Assembly (NCBI GenBank): GCA_013299055.1
Contig: JAAFKB010000007.1
Coordinates: 202 to 64,201, forward strand
DNA: 64,000 nt
Origin: Sphaerotilus sp.
GTDB lineage: Bacteria; Pseudomonadota; Gammaproteobacteria; Burkholderiales; Burkholderiaceae_C
Direction: 5' to 3'
The notes beneath the pieces were generated by a model, which worked only from the letters and a program-made list of their open reading frames with translations, was not told the origin of the DNA and searched no databases. Each line of letters begins with the position of its first letter. Position 1 is the stretch's first letter. Positions 35,841 to 46,600 of this stretch are shown here, piece by piece. The position numbers and the translations under genes are program-made.

Positions 35841-38800
35841 TGTCTGAGGTACTTGCAAGGACGGCGGCACGGATCGCGTCTCTCGTGCTCGAACGCAACA
35901 AGGGTGCAGACCACCAGTGTGTGCGGATCAAGAATCTGGACGCGGAAGAAGTGATCCGGTTCGTGAACGCCTGGCCTGCAATCGCCACGGCAGCCGGTGT
36001 CCACAAGGTCAGTCTTGTCGTGGCTGATGATCTGGGCGGGCGGATCCCTGCCGTGTACGTCGCTGCGCCAGGCTGCACGATCACGCACTACCGCAATCAC
36101 AACCGGCAGGGACTTGTCTACGTCGAGACCAGCATCCAGAGCGATGAGCAGGGCCTGCAGAACATGTTCACCCTGCGGGACAGCAATTTCCTCGATGGAA
36201 GCTTTGACGAGCACGCCGCCTCCAGCCGTGGCGTGCCCGGACTCCTTGCGCAGGAAGCGTGGTCCGTCAGCGCCGCAGATGGCGTGGTGCCACCTCTGCT
36301 GCTGGATCGTCTGTTGACCGTGCTGGGTCATGTGCATCCGGGCATTGTTTCTGTCTCCGTTCGCCGATTCGTGGACTTTGTCGAAGAGGTCTGCCGCACC
36401 TGGCAGGGGCACACCGAGGCCATCGATGGCGCTGTGGCAGATCGCATCGTCGGTGAGTCGTTGTGGGCGCTGGAGAAGCTGTTTCCGGACGCGCATTGGC
36501 ACGATGGTGGGTCCGATATCCGTTGCCGGCGGCGGCTGTCGATGAATTTTCGGCATGCCGACCTGGTGGATGGAACCACGGAGCTGACTGCGGAGGACAT
36601 CGCCTCCAAGGTCCGTTCCGTGCGGTTCACTGATGTGGCTGGCTCACCACTTCCGGCGGCGGCCATCCGGGAATGGGCCGGGTTGTGCGAGCAGTACGGT
36701 CGTGACCGTTCTCTGGGGATGCGGCGCCGGATTCCCTACGAAATTTTTTGTCAGCTCTTTGCCCGCGATACGGCTGGACTCAAGCTGGGTGAACGGGTGC
36801 GTGCTGAGATCGAGGCAGCGGCACCTGAACGCCTGCATGAATTCGAGGCGCTGGATCTCACGTCGGGATTGAATGCCCGCAGCAGCCATGCCGCTGCCCA
36901 GTTGCAGGATGCGCTCCCGCCTGAAGGACTTGCGCCGCTCATCGAACTGGCCAGTGCGAAGACGCGCAAGTCGATCGAAAGGCTTGCTGTTCCACCCCGG
37001 CGCAGCTTCTTCAATCCAGCCATTGAAATCGTTCGCCAGACGCAGCGGGTGCAGGCCGACCTTCAGGATGGTGCCGTTGCTCGCTTGGAAATCGAGGCTG
37101 CTGGAGGGGACGATGATGGCGTGCGAAACCCTTCGATCGGCCTGTTCGCGTTCCTGTTCGGACCCACGCTGGAATCGATCGCTGCTGACGGCGACGAACT
37201 GACGGGCAGGTGTCAGCTTGTCGTGGACCCGCTGTTGCTGGCACAGCAAGAGGTACCGAGTCGGCCAGTCCATCACGATGATGACCTTGGCGAGGGTCTT
37301 GGCGAGGAGATTTCCTGGAGTGCCGTGTCGCTGCGTTTCGTCTTCAAGGATATGGCCGGGCACATTCTCGAAGTCGTCGAGCAGCTTGAATGGCGCCCGC
37401 CGGCCATTCAGCATTTCGCCTTGTTCTGGCTGCTTGCCGCAGCGCCCGAATCTCCCGGTTTCGCCGATGCCGGCACACTGTGTCGGCAACATGCGGGCGA
37501 TGAGGAACATTGGCTCGCCTCCCTGGTCGGTCGTCAGTCCGAGCTGACAGAGCTGGTGCTGGATCCCTCGCATGTCATCGAGAACCCCAGCCTGCTGATG
37601 CGTGAATTTGTCGAATCGCGGCAGTCGCTGAAATCCAGTCTTGTCGAAGGTGGGCTTTCCATCCCCGCCCTGCTGACTTTCCACGATGCATGGCAGTTGC
37701 ATCTGATCGAGGCTCGTAGTCAGTTCATTCCTGAGGGCGTGCGCATCAGGGAGCTGGAGGCTTTTCTTGGCACGGACCTCCTTCAGATCGAAGGCTCCGA
37801 TCGCCGATTGATGCTTCCATCGCATCCGATCCGCTTGCGCTGGATTTGTCGGTATCTGGAGCAGACCCGCAAGCTGGCGTGCGATTTCTTGTCTGGCGAC
37901 GCGGCGTTTGCGGATGGGGAGGGGCGGGTCTACCTGGACTGGCTGGAAGACCTGACGCCCAGGGAATCTCCACCGATTGCCGTGGGGCAGCAGGGGCAGT
38001 TGCTGTACTCGCGCGCTGAAGTCGGCTGGTGCGAGGATTTTTCTCCGCAGCGGACAGAGACCGGGGATGTCGCCTGCGACGACGAGGCCATCGCGGCCAT
38101 CTCTGCCCGTGTCGCGAACTACCTCGACGCACACCCGTACAAGCGAGACGGGCTTTCCTTGCTGGTGGTGCTTCCTACCAGCGACACGACTCCAGCCGAG
38201 ATCCTTCGACACATCACGTCCGGCGTGCATCGCTCCGTGCGGGTGTCCATCGTGGTGGCCGCACCCAAGAAGCGGTGGGAGGCCATTGCCCGTGCGGTCG
38301 AATCGGTCGCCGGGGATGATGGCGATGCGCCTCGTCGGCGACTATTTCCTGATCGAGATCTGTCTCTGGTGGACTACGAGGCTGGTGGCAGTCTCACCGA
38401 GTTTCTTGCTGATCAGCAGATCGACATTGCCGTGGTGACGCATGTCTTGCAGGAGCAGGTCATCAGCCAGCAGAACACGGAGGTGCCGGTGGAGCATGCT
38501 GGCGCTTTCGATCCGCTGGGACACCGTCCCTTGCGCATCGAGACGGGCGCCGGCGGGTCGATGTCGCTTGTGATGCTGCCCAAGTATTCAGATCCGATCC
38601 TGGAGGCATGGAGCACCCTGGTCGTTCGATCCAACCGTTGCAAGCCCGTCGCGCCCGGTCAGCCCGAGAACACCGACCTGATCGAGCTTCGCGTGAGCTT
38701 TCAGGATTCGGCCCGACTCTTCCATGAGCTGCATGAGCATTGCCACTGGGTGATCACCCTTGAACGCCACATCACGCGGGAGCAGATCGAATCCATCGAG

Positions 38801-40975
38801 TCTGGTGCTCCGGATGTGCTGAGCATCGAGGTTGGTGTCGGGGCAAATCGCCTGAGCACGCTGATCGTGTCGTCACGCACGGGGCGAGATCTGGTTCGCT
38901 CGCGACTGGCCCGCAAGCTGCAGCGGCTGCTCCCTTCCTGGACTGCGGCAGGCGCTGACCGGAAGGTACTCCATGCCTTGGCTGAGGGTGTGTACGAATC
39001 GACTCGGCGCTTCAGCCCTCGATTGGCGCTTCAGGCGCTCGGTGTTGCGCGTGTGACCGAGGAAATCATCGGGCTGACGGTCGCTCGCCATCTGACGGAA
39101 GAGCGATTCCCGGTCCAGAACCAAGATGGCGTTTCGGTCTGGCTCAGCCTGGACGAGCACGTGGGCTGGTTCGGTGGTTCGGATCAGATCCGGGCCGACA
39201 TGTGCCGGCTATCCCTTGAGCATCGTGCGGATGGGGCGATCACGGCCGACGTTCTCGTCCTCGAAGGGAAACTGCGCCAGATCTACGATGCTCACGGCGT
39301 GCAACAGGTTCGCCGCACGTCCAGCTTCTTCCATTCGATCCTGAGTGGACGGGGGGTCGATGCTGCCCGCTGGCGCGAACTCCTTGCTGGTGCAATCGAG
39401 AGCGTTGCCGACCACGCAATCCAAGTTCACGCCGAAGGTGCCGACGCTGTGACCGCCAGGTCCGTCCGTGACCGGACACTTTCCGCCCTGCGAACGGGGC
39501 CGGTCGTGCTCCGAGGGGTCAGCGGTGTTTACTCGATCTGCCTGTGGGATTGCGACGACGAGCAGGTCGATGTTCGGCAAGATGGTGATGTCGCCATTCT
39601 TCAATCTGGGCGGTGTCATCTGGTGGATCTTCTGAAGGAGCGTGCGGCGCCAGCTCAGATGGATTCAATGGATGTTGGAATGCCCCCGCCTCCAGACAGC
39701 CAAGCAGTCAGCACGCCCGAAGTGCCGCCGCAAGCCGATCTTTCCCCTGATGAAATTCCTGTCGTCGTGAGCGAAGCCGCTTCTGTCATGCCAGATCCTG
39801 GCGTAGATGGTGTGCGCACGGACAGCACGGGCGAGCCAGACATAGGTTTGCCTGAGTCCAGTGCAACTGACGGGGATGTCGTGTCAATCAAACCAGCACT
39901 CTCACGGCGGCGCCTGTCACCGGACGTTCTGCGGCGCATCTATGAGAACTTGTTGGGCTGCTTCGACGTGCATGGCGTGTCTGTTTCTGCCGTTCGCATG
40001 GACGATGAGCCCTTCTTGGAAGGCCCCGCGTCGATTCTTTTCAAGGTCCGACCAGGCGCGGGCATTGATCCTCGCAAGCTGTTCGAGAAGGGGGCGGCCT
40101 TGAAGCTGGCGCTGTCCTTGGCGCAAGAGCAGAACGTCAGTTTCGGGATTGATCGCGGCGTGGTCACGATTGATGTGCCCAAGTCGCAGGAGCAGCGATA
40201 TTTTGTCGATGCAGCTGAGACGTGGGGCCGCTGGAAGCGCCCGGCATCAGGCTTGGCCGTGCCGATTGGCGAAGACCGTTTTGGTGAGCTTGTCGAGCTG
40301 AACTTCTCCTCGCCGAACACGCCGCACCTGTTGGTGGCTGGCACGACGGGCAGCGGAAAGTCGGAGGCGCTCAACACGATCCTTTTCGGACTGGTTCGGC
40401 ATTACGCACCGGAAGAGCTGCGTCTGATGCTGGTCGATCCAAAGGGAACGGAACTCACCCCGTTCGAGAACTCCCGGTTTCTGGAAGGGCAGATTGGCTG
40501 GGATGACTCCGATGCACTGGAGTTGCTGAAGTCGGCAGTCGAGGAGATGCAGCGCCGCTACCAGCTCTTCCGCGAGATGTCTCGGCGGAGCCTGATGGAG
40601 TTCAATGCCGAGGTGCCAGTCGAGAAGCGCCTGCCGTGGTGGCTCATCGTTCTGGATGAATACGCCGACCTGACACATGATCCGCAGGCCAAGAAGAACA
40701 TCGAGGCGGAGCTGAAACGTCTGGCCCAGAAGGCTCGGGCTGCAGGCATTCACGTGATCATCGCGACGCAGAAACCAAGCGCCGAGGTGATCAGTACGAA
40801 TCTGCGCAGCAACTTGCCCGCGCAGTTGGCGCTGCGGGTCAAGAGCGCAATCGAGAGTCGTGTCGTGATCGACGAGGCTGGAGCCGAGAACCTGAACGGC
40901 AAGGGTGATGCCTTGTTGAAGGCGGATGGGCGCCTCCAGCGTATTCAGTGTTCTCGGGTGGCTCCTCTTGCCTGA
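35840..40975 (+). CDS. 1711-aa protein with PD-(D/E)xK-like motif and C-terminal FtsK/HerA ATPase, DptH/DndH-like
   Basis: HLLVAGTTGSGKS, LVDPKGTEL, LIVLDEYADL, RLAQKARAAGIHVIIATQKP, GAENLNGKGDALL; upstream RAD..VLEGK; no N-terminal TM domain and no FtsK gamma domain. Confidence 0.75.
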   Translation: MSEVLARTAARIASLVLERNKGADHQCVRIKNLDAEEVIRFVNAWPAIATAAGVHKVSLVVADDLGGRIPAVYVAAPGCTITHYRNHNRQGLVYVETSIQSDEQGLQNMFTLRDSNFLDGSFDEHAASSRGVPGLLAQEAWSVSAADGVVPPLLLDRLLTVLGHVHPGIVSVSVRRFVDFVEEVCRTWQGHTEAIDGAVADRIVGESLWALEKLFPDAHWHDGGSDIRCRRRLSMNFRHADLVDGTTELTAEDIASKVRSVRFTDVAGSPLPAAAIREWAGLCEQYGRDRSLGMRRRIPYEIFCQLFARDTAGLKLGERVRAEIEAAAPERLHEFEALDLTSGLNARSSHAAAQLQDALPPEGLAPLIELASAKTRKSIERLAVPPRRSFFNPAIEIVRQTQRVQADLQDGAVARLEIEAAGGDDDGVRNPSIGLFAFLFGPTLESIAADGDELTGRCQLVVDPLLLAQQEVPSRPVHHDDDLGEGLGEEISWSAVSLRFVFKDMAGHILEVVEQLEWRPPAIQHFALFWLLAAAPESPGFADAGTLCRQHAGDEEHWLASLVGRQSELTELVLDPSHVIENPSLLMREFVESRQSLKSSLVEGGLSIPALLTFHDAWQLHLIEARSQFIPEGVRIRELEAFLGTDLLQIEGSDRRLMLPSHPIRLRWICRYLEQTRKLACDFLSGDAAFADGEGRVYLDWLEDLTPRESPPIAVGQQGQLLYSRAEVGWCEDFSPQRTETGDVACDDEAIAAISARVANYLDAHPYKRDGLSLLVVLPTSDTTPAEILRHITSGVHRSVRVSIVVAAPKKRWEAIARAVESVAGDDGDAPRRRLFPDRDLSLVDYEAGGSLTEFLADQQIDIAVVTHVLQEQVISQQNTEVPVEHAGAFDPLGHRPLRIETGAGGSMSLVMLPKYSDPILEAWSTLVVRSNRCKPVAPGQPENTDLIELRVSFQDSARLFHELHEHCHWVITLERHITREQIESIESGAPDVLSIEVGVGANRLSTLIVSSRTGRDLVRSRLARKLQRLLPSWTAAGADRKVLHALAEGVYESTRRFSPRLALQALGVARVTEEIIGLTVARHLTEERFPVQNQDGVSVWLSLDEHVGWFGGSDQIRADMCRLSLEHRADGAITADVLVLEGKLRQIYDAHGVQQVRRTSSFFHSILSGRGVDAARWRELLAGAIESVADHAIQVHAEGADAVTARSVRDRTLSALRTGPVVLRGVSGVYSICLWDCDDEQVDVRQDGDVAILQSGRCHLVDLLKERAAPAQMDSMDVGMPPPPDSQAVSTPEVPPQADLSPDEIPVVVSEAASVMPDPGVDGVRTDSTGEPDIGLPESSATDGDVVSIKPALSRRRLSPDVLRRIYENLLGCFDVHGVSVSAVRMDDEPFLEGPASILFKVRPGAGIDPRKLFEKGAALKLALSLAQEQNVSFGIDRGVVTIDVPKSQEQRYFVDAAETWGRWKRPASGLAVPIGEDRFGELVELNFSSPNTPHLLVAGTTGSGKSEALNTILFGLVRHYAPEELRLMLVDPKGTELTPFENSRFLEGQIGWDDSDALELLKSAVEEMQRRYQLFREMSRRSLMEFNAEVPVEKRLPWWLIVLDEYADLTHDPQAKKNIEAELKRLAQKARAAGIHVIIATQKPSAEVISTNLRSNLPAQLALRVKSAIESRVVIDEAGAENLNGKGDALLKADGRLQRIQCSRVAPLA

Positions 40976-41064
40976 AAAGTTTCACGATATCGACTTCGGC
41001 TGTGGATGCTGCTTCCGCGGGCATGACGGGAAGGTCGCAGGGGTCAGCGCAGCGGCCGGATCGC

Positions 41065-43443
41065 TCACTCAATCGGCGTCAGCTTCGCCACACTGAGCGC
41101 CAGCCACTTCGTCCCATGCCGCCCGAAGCTGACCTGCGCCCGCGCATCCGGCCCCTTGCCTTCGAGCGCCAGGACCACGCCCTCGCCGAACTTGTTGTGG
41201 AACACCGCCTGCTTCACCCGCAGGCCGTGCCCGGCGGAGTCGGCCGCGCTGCGCACCATCGCGGCCGGCACTGGGGCGGCCCAGGCGGGAGGCGGCGCGG
41301 GGGTGGGGGTCCACGCGGGGCGTGATGGGGCGCTGAATCCACCACCGAATCCACCACCGCCGCCGAAGCTCTGCCGCTTCGGCGTGAGCCACTTCAGCGC
41401 CTCCTCCGGCAGCTCGTCCAGGAAGCGGCTCTTCACGTTGTAGCGCGTCTGCCCGTGCAGCATCCGCGTCTGGCTGTGGCTGATGTAGAGCCGCTGCCGC
41501 GCCCGCGTGATCGCCACATACATCAGCCGGCGCTCTTCCTCCAGCCCGTCCGCCTCGGTGGCGGAGTTCTCGTGCGGGAACAGCCCTTCCTCCAGCCCGG
41601 TGATGAACACCGCGTCGAACTCCAGCCCCTTCGCGGCGTGGACGGTCATCATCTGCACGGCGTCCTGCCCGGCCTGCGCCTGGTTGTCGCCCGCTTCCAG
41701 CGCCGCGTGGGTCAGGAAGGCGGCCAGCGGCGACAGGATCTCGCCCGTCTCCGCATCCGGCAGCAGCTCGCTGGCCGTCTGTCCGGTCTGGCCCATCTCG
41801 TCCACCGGCAGCGCCACCGCGTCCTTGCCAAACCCTTCGATGGTGACAAACGCCTCCGCCGCGTTGACGAGTTCCTCCAGGTTCTCGATCCGGTCCTGGC
41901 CTTCCTTCTCGGTGCGGTAGAAGTCGATCAGCCCGCTGGCGGCCAGCATCTGCTCGATGATCTTGCGGAGCGTCTGGCCTTGCGTGGTGTGGCGCAGTCC
42001 GTCGACCAGCCGGGCGAAGCCGCCGACCTTGGCCCCTGCCGCGCCCGTCAACCCACTGACCGCCTGGTAGAGGCTGCGGCCACTGGCGCGGGCGACTTCC
42101 TGCAACTGCTCCACCGAGCGCGTGCCGATGCCGCGGGCCGGGAAATTGACGACGCGCAGAAAACTCGTGTCGTCGTTCGGGTTCTCGATCAGCCGCAGAT
42201 ACGCCAGCGCATGTTTCACCTCCGCCCGCTCGAAGAAGCGCAGGCCCCCGTACACCCGGTACGGCACCCCCGCATTGAACAGCGCCGACTCGATCACCCG
42301 CGACTGCGCATTGCTGCGGTAGAGCAGGGCGCATTCCGAGCGCGCCATGCCGCCCCGGTGCAACTGCTGCAGCTCCTCCAGCAGCCACGCCGCTTCGGCA
42401 AAGTCGCTGGTCGCTTCATAGACGCGCACCGGCTCGCCCGGCCCCGCCTCGGTGCGCAGGTTCTTGCCCAGCCGCCCCGTGTTGCGCGAGATCAGCGCGT
42501 TGGCCGAATCGAGGATGTTGCCGAAGCTGCGGTAGTTGCGCTCCAGCTTGATGAGCTTGCTGACGCGGTACTCGCGCTCGAAGTCCGCCATGTTGCCCAC
42601 GCGGGCGCCGCGGAAGGCGTAGATGCTCTGGTCGTCGTCCCCCACCGCGAACACCGCGCACGGCACATCCCCCTGCACCGGGTCGCCCGCGAACATCTTC
42701 AGCCAGGCGTACTGGAGCCGGTTGGTGTCCTGGAACTCGTCCACCAGGATGTGCTGGAACCGCCGCCGGTAGTGCTCGCGCAGGCCGGCATCGTCGCGCA
42801 TCAGCTCGTAGCTGCGCAGCATCAGCTCGGCAAAGTCCACCACGCCCTCGCGCTGGCACTGGTCTTCATACGCCTGGTAGATCTCCGCGAGCTTCTGGCT
42901 GTGCGGGTCGTGGATGTCCACGTCCTTGGGGCGCTTGCCTTCTTCCTTGGCGCCGGCAATGAACCAGGCGACCTGCTTGGGCACGAAGCGTTCCTCGTCG
43001 AGCTTCATCCCCTTGATGACCCGCTTGACGGCGCTCAGCGAGTCGCCGCTGTCGAGGATCTGGAACGACTGTGGCAGGGCGGCCTGTTTCCAGTGCGCGC
43101 GCAGGAAACGGTTGCACAGCCCGTGGAAGGTGCCGATCCACATGCCGCGCACGTTGAACGGCAGCATCGCGCCGAGCCGGGTCAGCATCTCCTTGGCGGC
43201 CTTGTTCGTGAACGTCACCGCCATCAGCCCGGCCGGCGAGACCTGACCCGTCTGCAGCAGCCACGCGATGCGCGTCGTCAGCACGCGGGTCTTGCCCGAG
43301 CCAGCGCCGGCCAGGATCAGCCCCGGCTCGGGCGGCAATGTGACCGCGGCGAGCTGTTCAGGGTTGAGGTTCGCCAGCAGGCGGGACGACACCGGGGCGG
43401 CGGGGTCGTGGGGTGTCGTCGAGAAGTCCGGGGAGGCGTGCAT
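41065..43443 (-). CDS. uvrD: DNA helicase II (UvrD)
   Basis: AGAGSGKTRVLT, TFTNKAA, VDEFQDTN, VGDDDQSIY, LERNYRS, TVHAAKGLEF, EERRLMYVAITRA; C-terminal Tudor-like HNKFGEG. Confidence 0.95.
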   Translation of the reverse strand: MHASPDFSTTPHDPAAPVSSRLLANLNPEQLAAVTLPPEPGLILAGAGSGKTRVLTTRIAWLLQTGQVSPAGLMAVTFTNKAAKEMLTRLGAMLPFNVRGMWIGTFHGLCNRFLRAHWKQAALPQSFQILDSGDSLSAVKRVIKGMKLDEERFVPKQVAWFIAGAKEEGKRPKDVDIHDPHSQKLAEIYQAYEDQCQREGVVDFAELMLRSYELMRDDAGLREHYRRRFQHILVDEFQDTNRLQYAWLKMFAGDPVQGDVPCAVFAVGDDDQSIYAFRGARVGNMADFEREYRVSKLIKLERNYRSFGNILDSANALISRNTGRLGKNLRTEAGPGEPVRVYEATSDFAEAAWLLEELQQLHRGGMARSECALLYRSNAQSRVIESALFNAGVPYRVYGGLRFFERAEVKHALAYLRLIENPNDDTSFLRVVNFPARGIGTRSVEQLQEVARASGRSLYQAVSGLTGAAGAKVGGFARLVDGLRHTTQGQTLRKIIEQMLAASGLIDFYRTEKEGQDRIENLEELVNAAEAFVTIEGFGKDAVALPVDEMGQTGQTASELLPDAETGEILSPLAAFLTHAALEAGDNQAQAGQDAVQMMTVHAAKGLEFDAVFITGLEEGLFPHENSATEADGLEEERRLMYVAITRARQRLYISHSQTRMLHGQTRYNVKSRFLDELPEEALKWLTPKRQSFGGGGGFGGGFSAPSRPAWTPTPAPPPAWAAPVPAAMVRSAADSAGHGLRVKQAVFHNKFGEGVVLALEGKGPDARAQVSFGRHGTKWLALSVAKLTPIE

Positions 43444-43638
43444 CGCCAAATTTTACGCGGCCCCCCTGGCTTGGCTGGTGTCGGACCAGAACTGCGCAAG
43501 ACGGGTGGCCCTTGCGGTTTCCGGTGTGGGGCGATCCTGCGATCGGGGGTGGTCGGCGGGATGGATCGAGTGAGTTCCTTTCTTAACATCAGACACATAA
43601 AGAAACATTTGGCCGATTCACCTCCGGTCCACCGCGCC

Positions 43639-46600
43639 ATGCCCCGTTCCGCTTCGCTTGCCCGGCGTCTGCCCCTTGCCCTGTGGCTGCTGACCGCTGC
43701 CGCCCTGGTCGCCTGCAACAGCGAGGAAGCCGGTGCGCCCGACGAACAGGCCAGCAGCACCGGCACCACCACGGCGCCCGCCGCGCAGACGCGCCGACAG
43801 GCGCTGGCGGTGGTGCAGCCGAATCTGGCGCGCTGGTCCGCGGTGAAGGCGCTGCCGCTGGTGCCGGTGTCGGCCGCGAACCTGCCGGACGGGCGCATCC
43901 TGATGTGGTCGGCGGAAGAAAAGTTCAGCTTCGGCGGATCAGGCCGCACCTACAGCCTCACCTACGACCCGGTCAGCCAGGCCGTCACCGAGCGGCTGGT
44001 GAACGAGACCGGCCACGACATGTTCTGCCCCGGCACGACCAACCTGGCCGACGGGCGGCTGCTGGTCAATGGCGGGCTGGACTCGGCCAAGACCTCGATC
44101 TTCAATCCGGCTACCGGCACCTGGACCAGCAGCGCGCTGATGAACATCCCGCGTGGCTACCAGGCCAACACGCTGCTGCCGGACGGCGGCGTGCTGACGC
44201 TGGGCGGCTCGTGGAGCGGCGGGGTCGGCAACAAGCATGGGGAGGTCTGGACCGAAGCGGGTGGCTGGCGGCGCCTGACCGGCGTGCCGATCGACTCCTT
44301 CCTGTCGCCTGACCCGTCGCGCAACTTCGGCGGTGACTCGCACTTCTGGCTGATCCCGGCGGGCAATGGCCGCGTCTTCCATGCCGGCCCTGGTGTCAAC
44401 CTGCACTGGATCGACGCCCGCGGCACCGGCTCGGTCACATCCGCCGGGCGGCGCGGCGACGACGAGTTCAGCGTCAGCGGCAACACGGTGATGTACGACG
44501 CCGGCAAGGTGCTCAAGACCGGCGGTGCGCCCGCCTACGACAGCGCGCAGGCCAATGCCAACAGCTACGTCATCGACCTGAACGGCGGTGTCGCGGTGCG
44601 CAAGCTGCAGCCGATGGCCTACCGGCGCGCCTTCCACAACAGCGTGGTGCTGCCGAACGGGCAGGTGGTGGTCCTTGGCGGGCAGACCTTCGCGGTCGGC
44701 TTCTCGGATGCGAACGCGGTGCTCGCCCCGGAACTCTGGGATCCCGAGACCGAGACCTTCACGACGCTGCCGGCCATGACCGTGCCGCGCAACTACCACA
44801 GCATCGCGCTGCTGCTGCCGGATGGCCGGGTGATGTCGGCGGGCGGCGGCCTGTGTGGTGCCGGGTGTGCCGCCAACCACGCGGACATGGAAGTGCTCAG
44901 CCCGCCCTATCTCTTCAACGCGGACGGCACGCCCGCCACCCGCCCGGTCATCACCGCGGCGCCGACCGTCGCCGGACACGGGCAGACCATCGAGGTGACG
45001 ACCGATGGCGCGAGCGCGGTGGCCGCGTTCTCGATCGTGCGCATGTCGTCCACCACGCACGCGGTCAACAACGACCAGCGTCGCCTGCCCCTGACGTTCC
45101 GTGCGCTCGGCGGCAACCGCTACGCCGTGGACATCCCCACCAACGGCGGGCTGGCGCTGCCGGGGCAGTGGATGCTGTTCGCGCTGAACGCGGCCGGCAC
45201 GCCGTCGGTGTCCGCGCCGCTGCGCCTGACGCTCGACGGCAGCCCGCAGCTCGCGCCTGTCGCCGACCAGGCCTCCACCGTCGCCGGGCCGATCGGCTTC
45301 ACGCCGCAGGTGACGCTGCCGTCGGGCACGGTCGCCACCTGGCGCGCCACGGGATTGCCGGCGGGCACCACGATCGACCCAGTCACGGGACGCATCAGCG
45401 GCACGCCCACGGCGGCCGGCACCTTCCGCATCACGGTCTTCGTCAGTGCCGGCGGGCGCACCGTCTCCACCGACTTCGTCTGGAACATCAGCAACCCGGG
45501 GGCCACCCGCTATGTGCGGCTGGAGGCGCTGTCCGAGGTCAACGGCAACCCGTGGTCCTCGGCCGCCGAGATCGAGCTGCTCGGCACCGACGGCCGCCCG
45601 CTGCCCCGCGCCGGCTGGACCGCCACCGCCGACAGCGCCGAGACCACGGGCGAGAACGGCAGCGCCGCCAACGTGCTCGACGGCAATCCCGCGACGATCT
45701 GGCACACCACCTGGAGCGCACCGGCCGCGCCGATGCCGCACTGGATCGTGCTCGACATGCAGCGCGCCGCCGAAGTCACCGGCCTGCGCTACCTGCCACG
45801 CGGCAACACGCCGAACGGCACCATCCGCCAGTACCGCATCTCCCTCAGCGTCGATGGGGTGAATTGGGGCACCCCGGTTGCCAGCGGCGACTTCACGCAG
45901 CTCGACCCGAGCGCCACGGCCGAAAAGGTCATCCACTTCGACAACGTGGCCCGTGGGCGCACGGCCAGCCAGTCCTCGCAGTTCGAGGCGGGCGCTGCCG
46001 CACGTGCGGTCGACGGCAATACCGACGGCGCCTGGGCGGGCAACTCCGTCACCCACACGCAGTCTGACGCCGGCGCCTGGTGGGAGGTCGATCTCGGCCG
46101 CGTCCACGACCTGCACGCCGTGCGGCTGTGGAACCGGACCGACTGCTGCGCCGACCGCCTGACGAACTTCCACGTCTTCGCCTCCGACACGCCGATGACC
46201 GGGCGCACGCTGGCCGCGCTGCTGGCCGACACCACCGTCTGGCGCCGCAGTGTGGCGACCACCGCGCCGCGGGCGCTGCGCCTGGATGCGCTCGGGGGCC
46301 GGGGCCGCTACGTGCGGGTCCAACTGGCGGGCACGAACTTCCTGCAGCTCGCCGAGGTCGAGGTGCATGGCCGCCCGGCCGCCGACACGCCGCCACCCGT
46401 GACGCTGCCGACGCTGCAGCCGATGACCGTCGCCCCGGTGGCGGTGGGCGGCACGGTGTCGTGGACGGCGGCACCTTCGCTGGCCGGCAGCTACACCTAC
46501 CAGTGGGACTTCGGGGACGGCTCGCCCGCGACCGCCTGGTCCGCATCGCCCAGCGCGAGCCGCGTCTATGCGGCGGCAGGGGTCTACACCGTCACCGTGA

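Larger units (their letters stand above)
29573..41029. other. Horizontally acquired defence island (no integrase seen)
   Basis: Abrupt shift to many A/T third positions between the lipoprotein gene and uvrD; contains LPD3-like, vsr, dcm and DptFGH-like genes; REP-like hairpins at both ends. Confidence 0.7.

Noticed and set aside
35840-40975. Cell-division FtsK
   Set aside because: No N-terminal TM domain, no gamma domain, foreign composition, and an operon context with a methyltransferase.
41455-43638. Apparent 728-aa N-terminal extension of the oxidase fusion (ORF 41455..48993)
   Set aside because: Overlaps uvrD on the opposite strand; the real start is the lipoprotein signal peptide at 43639. 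Similar false extensions were trimmed from ORFs starting at 54732, 58298, 21322, 26227, 14793 and 35666.
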